Shown here: positions 20,090 to 32,100 of the stretch, piece after piece
Layout of the letters: each line of letters begins with the position of its first letter
Position numbering within the stretch: the first letter of the stretch is position 1
NCBI GenBank assembly: GCA_002359215.1
Contig: DEMN01000001.1
Coordinates: forward strand, 16,593 to 80,592
Reading direction: 5' to 3'
DNA from: Flavobacteriales bacterium UBA2669
GTDB lineage: Bacteria; Bacteroidota; Bacteroidia; Flavobacteriales_E; Vicingaceae
Length of the DNA stretch: 64,000 nucleotides
Position numbers and translations under genes: made by a program
The notes under the pieces: model-generated
The model's database searches: none
What the model saw: only the letters and a program-made list of their open reading frames with translations
Told to the model about the DNA's origin: nothing

Positions 20090-23000
20090 ATGAAAAATAA
20101 ATTAGTAACTTATATTGGAATAGCATTAGCTGTTGTACTTTCTTGTTCAGTACAAGCTCAAGTATATGAAACGCCTAGTTATCTTTCTGTAAAAGGAAAT
20201 GTACTTGAAGGGACGAGTAGTTTTACTTCCGGAACTATAAGTCTTTCACAAACAGATAAAACAACTCTATCAGGGTTGGAAGAGAGAAATGTGAGTGCTA
20301 ATTTATATTTAAAATTAGATTTAGGAGAAGATTATGTTGATTTACAAGATGAGTTTCATGTTGAAGTGACGGTTCAAATTAGCGGTGGAACACCTGCTAT
20401 AACTCCTATTACAAAGGTAATTGTTATTAATGAGAATAGTCCGGAGGCATTACATACAATTAACTTAATTGGAAATATTGCTAGTATTACCGGTGTTAAT
20501 ACATTAGATGTAGCTATTACTGCTATTAATATTTATGATAATCCAACTTCACAAACACCTTTACCTGCAGGACTACTTAAAAACTATATTGATAACAACC
20601 TTCGTTTATCAGCAACTTTAGTGCGTGAGTATGCGGTGAATGTAAGACAACCCAATGGAATAATGGCAGGAGCACTAAACGCCCCAATTGTTGCATTTAC
20701 TAACCGATTGGCAAACTTTAGCTGGACACCTACAGGAAACACAAGTTACCCTAATTATGAGTTGCAAATTTTGCGTTTGTACAATACAGATCCTACCAAA
20801 AAGAATGTCAACAATGAAATAGTTGCTAAAATTAATTGGGCTGACGCATTAAAAGTTGAAACACAATCGTCATCAACTAGTATTGATTTAACCATAGCAG
20901 AAGGCACAGGTTTTTATGTATGGAGAGTTCGACCTATAGGAAATTTTTATGAAGGAGGAATTGCCAATCATGAAAATTATGGTGTATGGAGTAATAGTTT
21001 TACAAATGGATCAACGCAGCCCATACAATTAAACGCTATTGGAGGAGCAACAGCAGCTAATTACGGAAGTGTGTTTTATTTTCAAGACCCAGATGAAAAT
21101 ATAAACTGGATTTATAACCGTGTTTTCACAGAAGGAAATTCCAATCCTTTAAACACACAGGGAGTAAAAACAAGTGAAGGAATTAGTTATGCAGATGGTT
21201 TGCTACGAGCCAGACAAACACAAGCATATAATAGCTCTAACGATAATACTTTAGTTACACAAACTATAAGCGACTATTCAGGAAGACCATCGTTAACCAC
21301 CCTTCCTGTTCCTGTTGATGGTGGATTAGTAGGGTATAAAACAACCTTTGTTAAATCATCTACTAATACCTTATATACTGCCTTTGATTTTGATGATGGA
21401 GCTAATATTAACGACCCCACAAAGATTATAGATAATAATACTGCTTTTTCTTATTATGATGGAACCAATAATAATGTTGCTGATGCAGAAGGATTTGCTT
21501 TTAAAAGAACCTTATTTAAAACAGACGGTACAGGTAGAGTAAACGAAGAATCGGGAGTAGGAAAGATGCATGCACTAGGTACACAAAGCGGTGATGGAGG
21601 AGGAAAAACCACTAGAGTATTGTTTGGTAGTCCATCAGATGAAGAATTAATACGAATTTTTGGAGACGAAGCTCCTTTATCTGAATCAGTAATTAAAACC
21701 ATTACTATAGATCCAAATGGTGTTACCTCTGCTACTTATACTTCTAAAGAAGGAAAAACAATTGCTACAGCTTTAATTACTAACGAAATAACCGATGGAG
21801 CTAAAACAATTTTGTCGGCTTTAGAACAAGCCATTTCACCATTAACGGTAAACAATGTTGCCAATCAAAATGTGTTGTCCAACAAAAAGTTAGTAAGTTC
21901 TAAGCGGATAGCTTTAGAAGAAGAAAAAACAATCACCTTAGGTTATAATGTAGTAGAAGGAGTAGAAATGGGAGGATGTCCAAGTGGGGATTGTAACCTA
22001 AAGGTTCGTTTTTTTCTTATTGAAGTTCAGTCAGGAATAACCTATGTTAGTGATGCTGATAAAAACACAGCTGAACTTGACCAATTTGATTTGCCGGGTA
22101 CAAATTTAACCTTTACCAGTAATTGGGAATGGGTAGATCCAACTAATACAACCACTCCCCCTTTGGTTTTGAATAATTCACCATACAATCAATTTATTCT
22201 TCCTGAAGGAGAATACATCATAATGAAAGAAGTTTTTTCGGCTAATGACGAAAATTTTGCTGAACTTCAAACAGCAGAATTAACCGACAGACTACAACCT
22301 ATTTTAGATGCATTAGCAGCAAAAATGAAAGCCATTAATAACGCAGCAGACTATGCTGCTTTTATTGAATTTTATGCTGGAAACTCGCCTACGTTGGGGT
22401 TTGTTGATTATGTAAATGCCTACCAAGCAACACCTAATCAAACTACAAGCGATGCTATTTATACGCACTTAGGATTAACCTCTTATGTAGGGAACACCTT
22501 GTTTCCTTTAGAGTTTAGTTTTGATAATGTAACGCCAATAAGCAGTGATATTAATGAACCTACACAAAATGTAATGTCCTTTTCACTAAATTGTTGTGGA
22601 GCCATGGAAATCCCTGTGCCAAAACCGGAAATATGTATTCCTTGTGAGGCAGAGATTGGTGATGATTATGGAAATACTTTTAATGGAATTAATTATATCA
22701 GAGAGAATTCAACATTAGCCGGGCTAACAATTAATACAGGAAGTGATTGGCAATCAATTCAACAACTTGTTGCAGAGCATTTTATGACCTATTTGTATAA
22801 TAAATTAGATGAAGATGGATTCATTACTGCTTATGACCCTAATAATCCACTTTCATATGATCCTATTACAACACCTGATGCCGCTTTGCAATTTGCATTA
22901 GATCGCTTTGCTCCTGGGTTTACTCCGGAAAGTTTACAAAATATGATTACAAATATGCTAGCATCAAAATATTGGGAGGGTCAATCAAAACTATATAACG

Positions 23001-24667
23001 TAGATGGTAAATATTACAGAGCGAAAGAAGATGCAAATGGTGCTTTAGTGTTTATTGATGGTCAAGGAGATCCTGTATCTGAACCTCCAACTTCGGGAGT
23101 TACTGAAATAACGGGCATTAATGATGGAGATGAGTTCAATTATGTTTGTGAGGATTTGTATAAATGTTGGGTAAATGCAGTAAACCTAATAAATGCTTTC
23201 GATTTTGATGGAGATGCTAACGTAATGGATGCATTCAACGATTCTGAGGGAAATAATGCTTCTGAAGATCATTATGATGATGACGAAAGTAGTGATGGTC
23301 CCGGTGGAGTAGTGGGCTGGTTGGCTAATTTGGTTATTTCAATAGAAATGAGAAATTTTCAAGATGGTCCAGATGGAGAAGTACCACAATCACGATTAGA
23401 ATCTTTAGTAAACTTGCCTAATATATTTGTAAGTTGTGCAGGTTATAAATTTGCTAACATTTTAGATGAGGATGAAACGTTACCAACTGATTATGGAAGT
23501 GCATCTTCAGCAGGATATTCAAATATTGCTTATGATGTTGTTATTGGGGCATCAACATCTTTTTTAAATCACTCAAATTATACTACTCCCGGCTTGTTTT
23601 TATATAATGGTACATCATTTACTCAAGATTTAATAACTTGCAACTCTGTTCCAACACCTGCTCTTCAATACAAATACATCATTAAACCCGAGTGGATGTT
23701 TAAGTATTTTGTGTATAATGCTTATGATGCGTTTATACAATCAACACCTCCAAATAATGATGATAATGCTATTGTTCTCAATCAGTTTAACATCGAAATG
23801 GCGTCTTGCTACAATGATCCCAGAGCAAATTGTGCCACTCCATCATTACCGCTTTGTTTTGGAGAAACGTGTAATTATTACCATAAAAGTTGGTCGTCAG
23901 GACAGCGATTAGCATTTTACAAACAAATTAGTGGTGGATTAAACTGTGTACCGACCTCACCCCCCGCTTTTCAACCTACAACTCCTCCTGATGTAACTAA
24001 AGAAGATTTAATAGCAAAGGCAAATCAAGTATTAAATGAAGCTAAAGCGATATGTGAAAATAGATTTGGTGAAATAAAAAGTGCACTAATAGCAGAGTTG
24101 AATAACAAATGCTATACACTTGTGGAATGCACTGCTGTTGGTTCTCCTACATCCGAAATTAGCGAAGCTCAAATTGATAACATGGCAGAAGCTGTGGTAG
24201 CTGCTTGTATCGCTAAAGTAGAAATAATTGAAGATGATTTACCAGTTTATAGTGGAAGTTGTTCGGGAGGAAATACAAGCTTAGGATACGGTTGTAGTAA
24301 AGACAATACTTCTCCTGCCGGAAGTACTGCAAATCAATACCCTACTTTGGTAGAAGAAGATTGTAACTGGATTGATAGTGATGGCTATTGCCAAACCAAT
24401 ACAAGACAAACCGTTGTACTTTTTGCTCCTTGTCACTTGGAAATCTTAGACCAAGTAAACTTTTGGGAATTTCAACCTCATTTACCCATTGCAGACCTTA
24501 ATGGAAATCAATTAGCAGACGATACTTGTGAAGGAGCTATAGAAAAAGAATGGGTAGCAGGAACTTGTTCGGTAGGAACTTGCTCAACTACACAGGTTTG
24601 TACACACAACAACCCTGAAGGGAATACCTATTCAACAACAACACAAATAACGAATCCGGCACCTTAA
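20090..24667 (+). CDS. 1525-aa secreted protein with a DUF6443-like segment and a Cys-rich C-terminal third
   Basis: Signal peptide ending SVQAQ. NWIYNRVFTEG...ISYADGLLRARQTQAY...TQTISDYSGRPSLTTLPVPV (nt ~21100-21330) follows the pattern of the RHS-associated DUF6443 region. No YD repeats follow it. Many Cys residues in nt ~23800-24660. Confidence 0.65.
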   Translation: MKNKLVTYIGIALAVVLSCSVQAQVYETPSYLSVKGNVLEGTSSFTSGTISLSQTDKTTLSGLEERNVSANLYLKLDLGEDYVDLQDEFHVEVTVQISGGTPAITPITKVIVINENSPEALHTINLIGNIASITGVNTLDVAITAINIYDNPTSQTPLPAGLLKNYIDNNLRLSATLVREYAVNVRQPNGIMAGALNAPIVAFTNRLANFSWTPTGNTSYPNYELQILRLYNTDPTKKNVNNEIVAKINWADALKVETQSSSTSIDLTIAEGTGFYVWRVRPIGNFYEGGIANHENYGVWSNSFTNGSTQPIQLNAIGGATAANYGSVFYFQDPDENINWIYNRVFTEGNSNPLNTQGVKTSEGISYADGLLRARQTQAYNSSNDNTLVTQTISDYSGRPSLTTLPVPVDGGLVGYKTTFVKSSTNTLYTAFDFDDGANINDPTKIIDNNTAFSYYDGTNNNVADAEGFAFKRTLFKTDGTGRVNEESGVGKMHALGTQSGDGGGKTTRVLFGSPSDEELIRIFGDEAPLSESVIKTITIDPNGVTSATYTSKEGKTIATALITNEITDGAKTILSALEQAISPLTVNNVANQNVLSNKKLVSSKRIALEEEKTITLGYNVVEGVEMGGCPSGDCNLKVRFFLIEVQSGITYVSDADKNTAELDQFDLPGTNLTFTSNWEWVDPTNTTTPPLVLNNSPYNQFILPEGEYIIMKEVFSANDENFAELQTAELTDRLQPILDALAAKMKAINNAADYAAFIEFYAGNSPTLGFVDYVNAYQATPNQTTSDAIYTHLGLTSYVGNTLFPLEFSFDNVTPISSDINEPTQNVMSFSLNCCGAMEIPVPKPEICIPCEAEIGDDYGNTFNGINYIRENSTLAGLTINTGSDWQSIQQLVAEHFMTYLYNKLDEDGFITAYDPNNPLSYDPITTPDAALQFALDRFAPGFTPESLQNMITNMLASKYWEGQSKLYNVDGKYYRAKEDANGALVFIDGQGDPVSEPPTSGVTEITGINDGDEFNYVCEDLYKCWVNAVNLINAFDFDGDANVMDAFNDSEGNNASEDHYDDDESSDGPGGVVGWLANLVISIEMRNFQDGPDGEVPQSRLESLVNLPNIFVSCAGYKFANILDEDETLPTDYGSASSAGYSNIAYDVVIGASTSFLNHSNYTTPGLFLYNGTSFTQDLITCNSVPTPALQYKYIIKPEWMFKYFVYNAYDAFIQSTPPNNDDNAIVLNQFNIEMASCYNDPRANCATPSLPLCFGETCNYYHKSWSSGQRLAFYKQISGGLNCVPTSPPAFQPTTPPDVTKEDLIAKANQVLNEAKAICENRFGEIKSALIAELNNKCYTLVECTAVGSPTSEISEAQIDNMAEAVVAACIAKVEIIEDDLPVYSGSCSGGNTSLGYGCSKDNTSPAGSTANQYPTLVEEDCNWIDSDGYCQTNTRQTVVLFAPCHLEILDQVNFWEFQPHLPIADLNGNQLADDTCEGAIEKEWVAGTCSVGTCSTTQVCTHNNPEGNTYSTTTQITNPAP

Positions 24668-24804
24668 CTAAAATAAATGAATAATAATAAGATTGAAAAT
24701 AAGTAAAATAAATTATGATTGCATTGCCTCTTAGCGAGAAAAGAGTGTGCGAGTTCAACGAAGTTAAAAAAACTATAGTAATAAATATTAAAAACCATAA
24801 AAAG

Positions 24805-25422
24805 ATGAATATTAAAAATATAATTGTATTGGCTGTTTTTATTGCCACTTCATTAACCACATTGGCACAAAATACCGAAGGAGTTTCTATTGCTCCCAAT
24901 GTAAATCCTCCCGATCCATCGGCAATGTTGGATGTACAATCCAGTGATAAAGGTTTGTTAATTCCAAGAGTTGAGTTAACAAGCACAACGGATCAAACCA
25001 CCATTGCATCTCCGGCAACCAGTTTACTGGTGTATAATACCAATACGGTATCAGATGTTAGTCCTAATTTTTATTATTGGAATGGAACAGCATGGGTTTT
25101 ATTAGGCTCAACAAATAAAGTTCCTAAGGTTACTTATAGTCAAATGCAAAGCATGATAGCTAATTTAACACTAGATGATTTAGGATTGTCAGTTTTTGTT
25201 ACAGACAGAGGTTATATTAGTAATGTTTTACAAGATAATGATATAATTACACATTGTACAGCAGAAGTTTATGGGCTATGGTATTTGTCAAGCATTGAAT
25301 GTACGAATGGAGATATTCTTTTTTGGAGAAGAATTTCAACAAATCAAGGAACAATAGATCCAAGTACATCATGTGCAACTCAATCCGGTAACCCAACTCT
25401 TTGTGATCCGGTTGTGGAATAA
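24805..25422 (+). CDS. Small secreted protein, paralog A
   Basis: The track ORF starts at 24715, but the signal peptide MNIKNIIVLAVFIATSLTTLAQ begins at the ATG at 24805. The N-terminal ~100 aa are near-identical to those of 25446..26027. Confidence 0.7.
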   Translation: MNIKNIIVLAVFIATSLTTLAQNTEGVSIAPNVNPPDPSAMLDVQSSDKGLLIPRVELTSTTDQTTIASPATSLLVYNTNTVSDVSPNFYYWNGTAWVLLGSTNKVPKVTYSQMQSMIANLTLDDLGLSVFVTDRGYISNVLQDNDIITHCTAEVYGLWYLSSIECTNGDILFWRRISTNQGTIDPSTSCATQSGNPTLCDPVVE

Positions 25423-25445
25423 AATAATAACTAACTTAATTTATT

Positions 25446-26027
25446 ATGAAATTAAAAACATTTTTATTAACTGCTTTTCTTACTACTGTATTAATAAGCA
25501 AAGCTCAAACAACTAATTCCGAAGGAGTTTCCATTGCCCCTAATGTAACACCTCCTGATCCATCAGCGATGTTAGATGTACAAGCCAGCGATAAAGGCTT
25601 GTTAATTCCAAGAGTTGAGCTAACAGGTACCACCGATGTAACCACTATTGTATCCCCGGCAACCAGTTTATTGGTGTATAATACCAGTACGGTATCAGAT
25701 GTTGTTCCGGGTTATTATTATTGGGAAACTAAATGGGTTCCTATAGGAAGAGGTGATGAAAAAATGCCTAAAATAACCTTTGCTCAAATGTTGGCAATGG
25801 AAACTAATTTAACAGATGATGATAGAGGTTTATTTGTTTTTGTTACTAATGAACAAGATGTCACCTTTTGTTCAGGAGTACTGACAACCACAAAAAACGT
25901 GTATGGAGTATGGTATTTTTATGATACAGACTCTTGTTACGGAAAATGGATTAGATTAATAGACGGATTACTATCTCAACCATGCCCGGAAGATGTTCAG
26001 GTTTGCGGAAATCCTCCTCAATTTTAA
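25446..26027 (+). CDS. Small secreted protein, paralog B
   Basis: Signal peptide, then EGVSIAPNVTPPDPSAMLDVQASDKGLLIPRVELTGTTD...SLLVYNT...YYW shared with paralog A. Confidence 0.75.
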   Translation: MKLKTFLLTAFLTTVLISKAQTTNSEGVSIAPNVTPPDPSAMLDVQASDKGLLIPRVELTGTTDVTTIVSPATSLLVYNTSTVSDVVPGYYYWETKWVPIGRGDEKMPKITFAQMLAMETNLTDDDRGLFVFVTNEQDVTFCSGVLTTTKNVYGVWYFYDTDSCYGKWIRLIDGLLSQPCPEDVQVCGNPPQF

Positions 26028-26151
26028 ATAATAAAAATAAACAAGTATGGAAAGAACAATTCCATATGACAAATAAAAAAAAAACGAGCGAAGTGAGTTC
26101 ATGAGTACATGATTAAAACAATAAAAATTAACGAATAATAAATAACTACAT

Positions 26152-29100
26152 ATGAAAATCAAAGTTGCTATATTACTGTTGTTTGGATTTTTTCTAACAA
26201 TTTTTTCTGTCAAAAGTCAAACGATAGGAGATCCAATGTGTTCACAAACATCTTCTTCAGATTGTTGTATTCAATATAACTTTGATTTTAACTATACCCA
26301 ACAAGTAATAGCTCCTACACCGCCTGCAACACTATCTAATCAAGTAAAAGTTAATTTTACCTTAACCTCTGTTTTAGGAGTTACTACAACAGGTAGTAGA
26401 TTTACGGGGATTTGTAGTGAACATGAAGTAGCAAGTGTAAGTTGGGACTTTGATGATGATGAACTTGTTGATGTAGTATCGGATGCTCCTGCACATATAT
26501 ACACATTCTCCTCTGCATGTGCCTCAGAAGTACATAAAGTAGTCGTATGTGTACTAATGAGTAATGGAGCTACATGCAGATTTGAGCAATGGATAGTATT
26601 AAACAACCCTAACGTAGTAGCTTCTCATACCATAACACCTACTATAAATGCTTGCGGACAAGTTAACTTTTCATACACAGGAACAACACTTACCAATCCA
26701 AAATGGACTTTTGGAGATGGAACATTTGATAATTCTGCACAACAAACCGTTAGTCATACTTACCCAACTAACGGAACCTATACCGTTACACTAACAAACG
26801 ATGAAATGGCACCTTGTGCAATAGCAACAACAGTTACCATATCAGACAAACCAACCGCTAGTTTTAGTTATACCATTCCCGATGTTTGTAATGTTACTTC
26901 AGGTATAAATGTTACCATTAATAATTATAACCCAAGCCTTTATACCTACTTATGGAAAGTAAATAATGTATCAGTACCTGCAACAGGTGTTACTACCAAC
27001 ATAATATCACCACTCGTGTCAGGACAAAACAATACCATCAAACTTATTGTTCAAGATGCATCAGGTTGCCAATCAACAACCACTAAAAACATAAAAATTG
27101 GAGCAGTAGAAGCAGATTTTAATACCCCTTTAGAGTATTGCTTAGGAGATTTTCTGAATGTTACAGGCATTCAATCGGGAGGAACAACCTACGATTGGAA
27201 AATTGATCACACCACCACTTCAACTACAGTAAATTTAACAAATGCAGGAATGTTTCCTTCCTATCAATTTACCACCACAGGAATATACGATATAAGCCTA
27301 ACCGTTACTACTACTTATCCTAATCCTAGTAATCCGTCTAGTCCGTTAACTTGTACAGACCTTTTCACCGAAACAGTAGAAGTATTTGAACCTGTTGATG
27401 CCAGTTTTAGTATTGCCTCAGGTACCAATTGTGGAGAAATAGCACTAACATTAACTAACCCTACCACCACCACGGCATATACCATTAATTATGGCGATGG
27501 TACTATAGAAACAGGCACAGACATTACTTCTGCACCAAGCAATCATTTAGAACATATTTATACCAGTAATGGCGTTCATACCGTAACCATTACCCTAACC
27601 AATGGAACGTGTACCAATACAAAAACAAATAGCGTATCCATTAACGACCAAGCCACACTAACCATTGTAGCAAGTAATATCAATTTATGTCCCGGAAGCA
27701 CCGTAACATTAAATGCTGTAATAGCTAATGTAGCCATAGGTTCAGGAGGAATCACTTATGAGTGGAAAGATGTTACAGATGTTAATCCTGCAAATCATAT
27801 TACTTTACCCGGAACAACAGCTCAAATAACCGTTACTGCCGGAGGCACTTACCAAGTAACTGTTACCACAGGAAGTAACATTTGTTTCAGTAACAACGAT
27901 AATGATGCTACTATAGTAATTAACGAATTAGAAGCCCCAACAGCAACGTTTGATGTACAAAACATAACAGCTACAAGTTGCGGACTTTCTACAGGGGCAG
28001 TAATTTTAGATGTTACCGCTAATTTAGCAGCAGTAGGCTACACCGTTAATGGTGGTGCAGTACAAAATACACTTCAAACAACAATAAATAACTTACCCGC
28101 AGGGCCTAATTACATCACCATAGCCAATGCCCAAGACCCTACCTGTACAGGAACTGTTTTGGTAAACATTCCGGATAATAGCCCGGAGGTAGAAGTGGTA
28201 AGTACCGATGCTACTTGTAGCAGCACGGGTAGTATTACTGTTAATGGCGTACCAGGAGGATACACCACCACTGTATATGCCGCAAATGATTATCCAACAA
28301 CACCTTTATTTACAGGTACAAGTGGAAACGTACCTGCCGGAAATTATGTAGTGGAAGTAACCGAAAACTCACCGGGAAGCTGTGTAGTTACCCAAAATGT
28401 AACCGTATTAGGCGGAACATTTAACCTAAGCTTAGTAAATCCTAACTTAGGTATTTGCTCTGGCGGAAGTGTAGCAGCTGCATTAGATAATCCTCCTTCA
28501 GGAGCAGTCATTACTTGGCAACAAAAAGATATTAATGGCAATTACAATAATATTGGAGGAACAGCATCAACGCAAAATATTACACAACCGGGAGAATACT
28601 CTGTAACAGTAGAAGATGGCTCTTGTACAGAAATACTCTATTTTACCGTACAACAATTTAACCCCATCACCATTAATTTTGAAATCATTCAACCACTATG
28701 TCCGGGAGATCCTGCACAAATTAACGCAATAGTAGCCGGAGGAAGCGGCAATTATACTTATAGTTGGAGCAACTCCGCCTCTACAGATGACAATATCTCT
28801 ATACCAACAGCACCGGGCGGAGCAGTTACCCTTACCGTAAATGATGCAAACACTGCCTTAGGTTGTGGTCCCGTTACTTCTCCCGATATATCCACCAACC
28901 TCACTTTTCCAGACCCTATCGTATTATGTACCTCAGGAATTACCTCAACACCGGCTTATGTTGGAACAAACACTACACTAGCACCATCAGCTACTTACGA
29001 AAATAACATTTCCATTACGGGGTGTCAGTTAGAATTATGTGCCACAGGAGGAACAGCTCCCTTAAATTACGAATGGTTCCTAGAAGGACAACCCTCCACA

Positions 29101-32100
29101 GAAACCAGAATTGTTAGTTTTACAGTAAATGGAGTTACAGGAGCGTTAGAATATAACGACCCCGACCCAAGTTCATCTACTTTTGGAAATGTGCTTGCGG
29201 CAGAAAAACCAACAGGTGTTACCATTCCAGGTTATACAACAGGAACGGTAGCGTTTAATGTAAACGACCCAAATATTACCGTTACACCAACTCCAACTCC
29301 CGGATTTTACATCTACCCTTATTGGTTGTATGATGGTACGAACATTTTCCCTGCCTTACAAACCGATGGCGTTACTCCTTTTACCGTTACCGTTCAGGTA
29401 ACCGTAACCAACGACATTATGGTGCACAACCATACCGGCTCAACAACAAGTACTGCCGATTTTGCCGAATATGCCGATCCTAATGGTGCTTCAGTTATCT
29501 ACACCTTGGTAATTACAGATGCCAACGGATGTAGCACTTCCTTCCCGGGAGTAGAAATTACCATTCCTCCCGTTCCTGATTTTCCAGAATTTAGCTTTGT
29601 ATGGGCTAAACCGCTTCCATCAACTGGTGGAGAAGAACCCGAAGAAGTGGACATCAATATCAAAGACAACATGGCAGAAGCCGCCAACGAAATGATGTCT
29701 AGTGCCATGGCTTGTTTGCAAAGCCAAACACAAGGAATGATTACTGCTTTTGAGGACAATTGTTTCGACCTCAATACCTTTAGAGATTCTACCAACATCA
29801 GTTATGAGGTAAACGAACACCACTACACCCTCTATTATTACGATAGAGCAGGGCAGTTAACCAAAACAGTGCCGCCTCAGGGAGTTAAATTCTTAGATGA
29901 TGGTTCTATTTCATCCAACGAAATTCAGGCAATTATTGATTACAGAGCGTCTAATCCGCTTAGTTTACCTGCCGTAAGTAAATTTGTTCCCGACCATACT
30001 ATGGAAACCAAATACCAACACAACAGTTTAGGGCAGCTTATCAGCCAAAGTACGCCCGATGGGGGAACCACCAACTTTATTTATGACGGACTAAACCGCC
30101 TGCGTTTTTCACAAAATGAGCAACAAAATACAGACGGGGTATTCAGTTACACCAAATACGATGAACTCGGCAGAATTATAGAAGTGGGTGAAAGCGATGC
30201 CATAGGATTAAACTTTGCAGACCCTACACTAGCAGCTAATGTAACCACCTATGCCAATGATGTCAACTATCCTGATAATACGCTGGCAGGAATCACTAAT
30301 ACGGAAATAACCAAAACACACTATACCACCCCTGCACAAGTAAATTATTATGGGTTACCACAACGCTACCTGCAAAACAGAGTAAGCTTTGTGTTTAACG
30401 ATGAAGATGGTGACCTAAACACCACCAACGATCAATACCATACTTATTTTAGTTACGATACACATGGAAATGTAGAATGGCTTATACAAGAAGATGCCGA
30501 AATAGGCAAAAACTACATTGCCTATGAATATGATTTAATAAGTGGAAACGTAATAAAAGTACGTTACAATGAAAACCGTAGCGATAAATTTTTCCATAAA
30601 TACGAATACGATGCAGAAAACCGCTTAACCCATGTGTTTACCTCTGTTGATAACCAATTGTGGGATAATGATGCTCATTATGAATACTACGCTCACGGAC
30701 CATTAAAACGAAATACCATAGGCGAAGACCATGTACAAGGTTTAGATTACATCTATACCATACACGGATGGTTAAAATCCATTAATAGCCCTAACATAAG
30801 TAATAACACCGACCCGGGAAATGATGGCGATTTAGTAACTGCCATAAATGCTTGGCAACAAACCAACAAAGTAGCTGAAGATTATTTTGGTATGAGTCTG
30901 GGCTATTATAATGGAGATTATCGTAATGTTAACAATTTCCACTATAACAGTACTACAGGAAGTTCTCCTTATCAAAATTTATATGCATCAACTAATAACG
31001 ATGCAGCAGACCTTTACAACGGAAACATTAGCCATTGGGTACACAGCCAATTAAGTACTATAGGAGGAATAAAAGACCCGAGTGTTAAACCAAGAGCAAG
31101 CGTTTACAATTATGATGTATTAAACCGTATTAAGCAAGCTACCAATTTTGAACAAATAGGAGGAGATTTACTAGGTAATTATGCATTTTCAACCTATACC
31201 GGAGCCAATGGTGCAGATGCCTACAAAACCAATTATACCTACGATGCTAACGGTAATCTCCTCAACCTAGACCGATACAATGCATTAGGAATACTCATGG
31301 ATGAATTAGGTTATACCTACGATAATGGATTAGCAGGAGTAGCTCTAAACAGCAACCAACTTACTTCTGTAACAGACAACAGCACCAATACAGAAGATGG
31401 TAGAGGCGATTTAGAAGCCATCCATACTTATACCTATGATGGCATAGGAAACCTAACCATAGAAACCGCTCAAGAACGCATGGATTTTGGTACCGGATAT
31501 CAATTGTTTGATGTAGCTACTAACATTAACTGGACGGTTTATGGAAAAGTAAAACAAGTTACCAAAACCATTAGCACCAACAGCGGAGCAAACGTTTATC
31601 AAGTAGAAAAAATAGACTTTGAGTATGATGCTTCCGGCAACAGAATTAAAAAAACCGCTAATAAGAAAATTGATGCAACAGGAAATCTATCAGGAATAGA
31701 TGCCAACCCCGAAACAGCCAGTTTCTTAGTGAACGAAGTTACCACCACCTACTACGTGCGAGATGCTCAAGGAAACACCTTGGCAGTATATGAAAAAACA
31801 GCAGTAGAAAATGGCAGTAACTTCGATGTTACCCTACAACTAAAAGAACAACCTATTTATGGCTCCGACCGTTTAGGACAACGCACAGCAAACAAAGTAT
31901 TAGCAGCCTCCCTAAATGTAAGCGGAAGCTCAGGCAACATTACCTTTCCCCCACTAGGTAGCGGAATACAAAAAAAATCCGAATACCAAAACTGGATTAC
32001 CAGCAGCAACAAAAATGCGTTACTAAATCTTACCGACCAACTTTGCCAACAAAAAGTAATACACTTAGAATATGATAATGGTACAGCAGAATACGCTACA

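Noticed and set aside
24588-26213. ORFs 24588..24986(-) and 25971..26213(-), and the 24715 start of the paralog A gene
   Set aside because: The minus-strand ORFs span intergenic AT-rich DNA and the ends of plus-strand genes, and their peptides are implausible. For paralog A, the signal peptide begins at the ATG at 24805, so the 30-codon upstream extension is unlikely.
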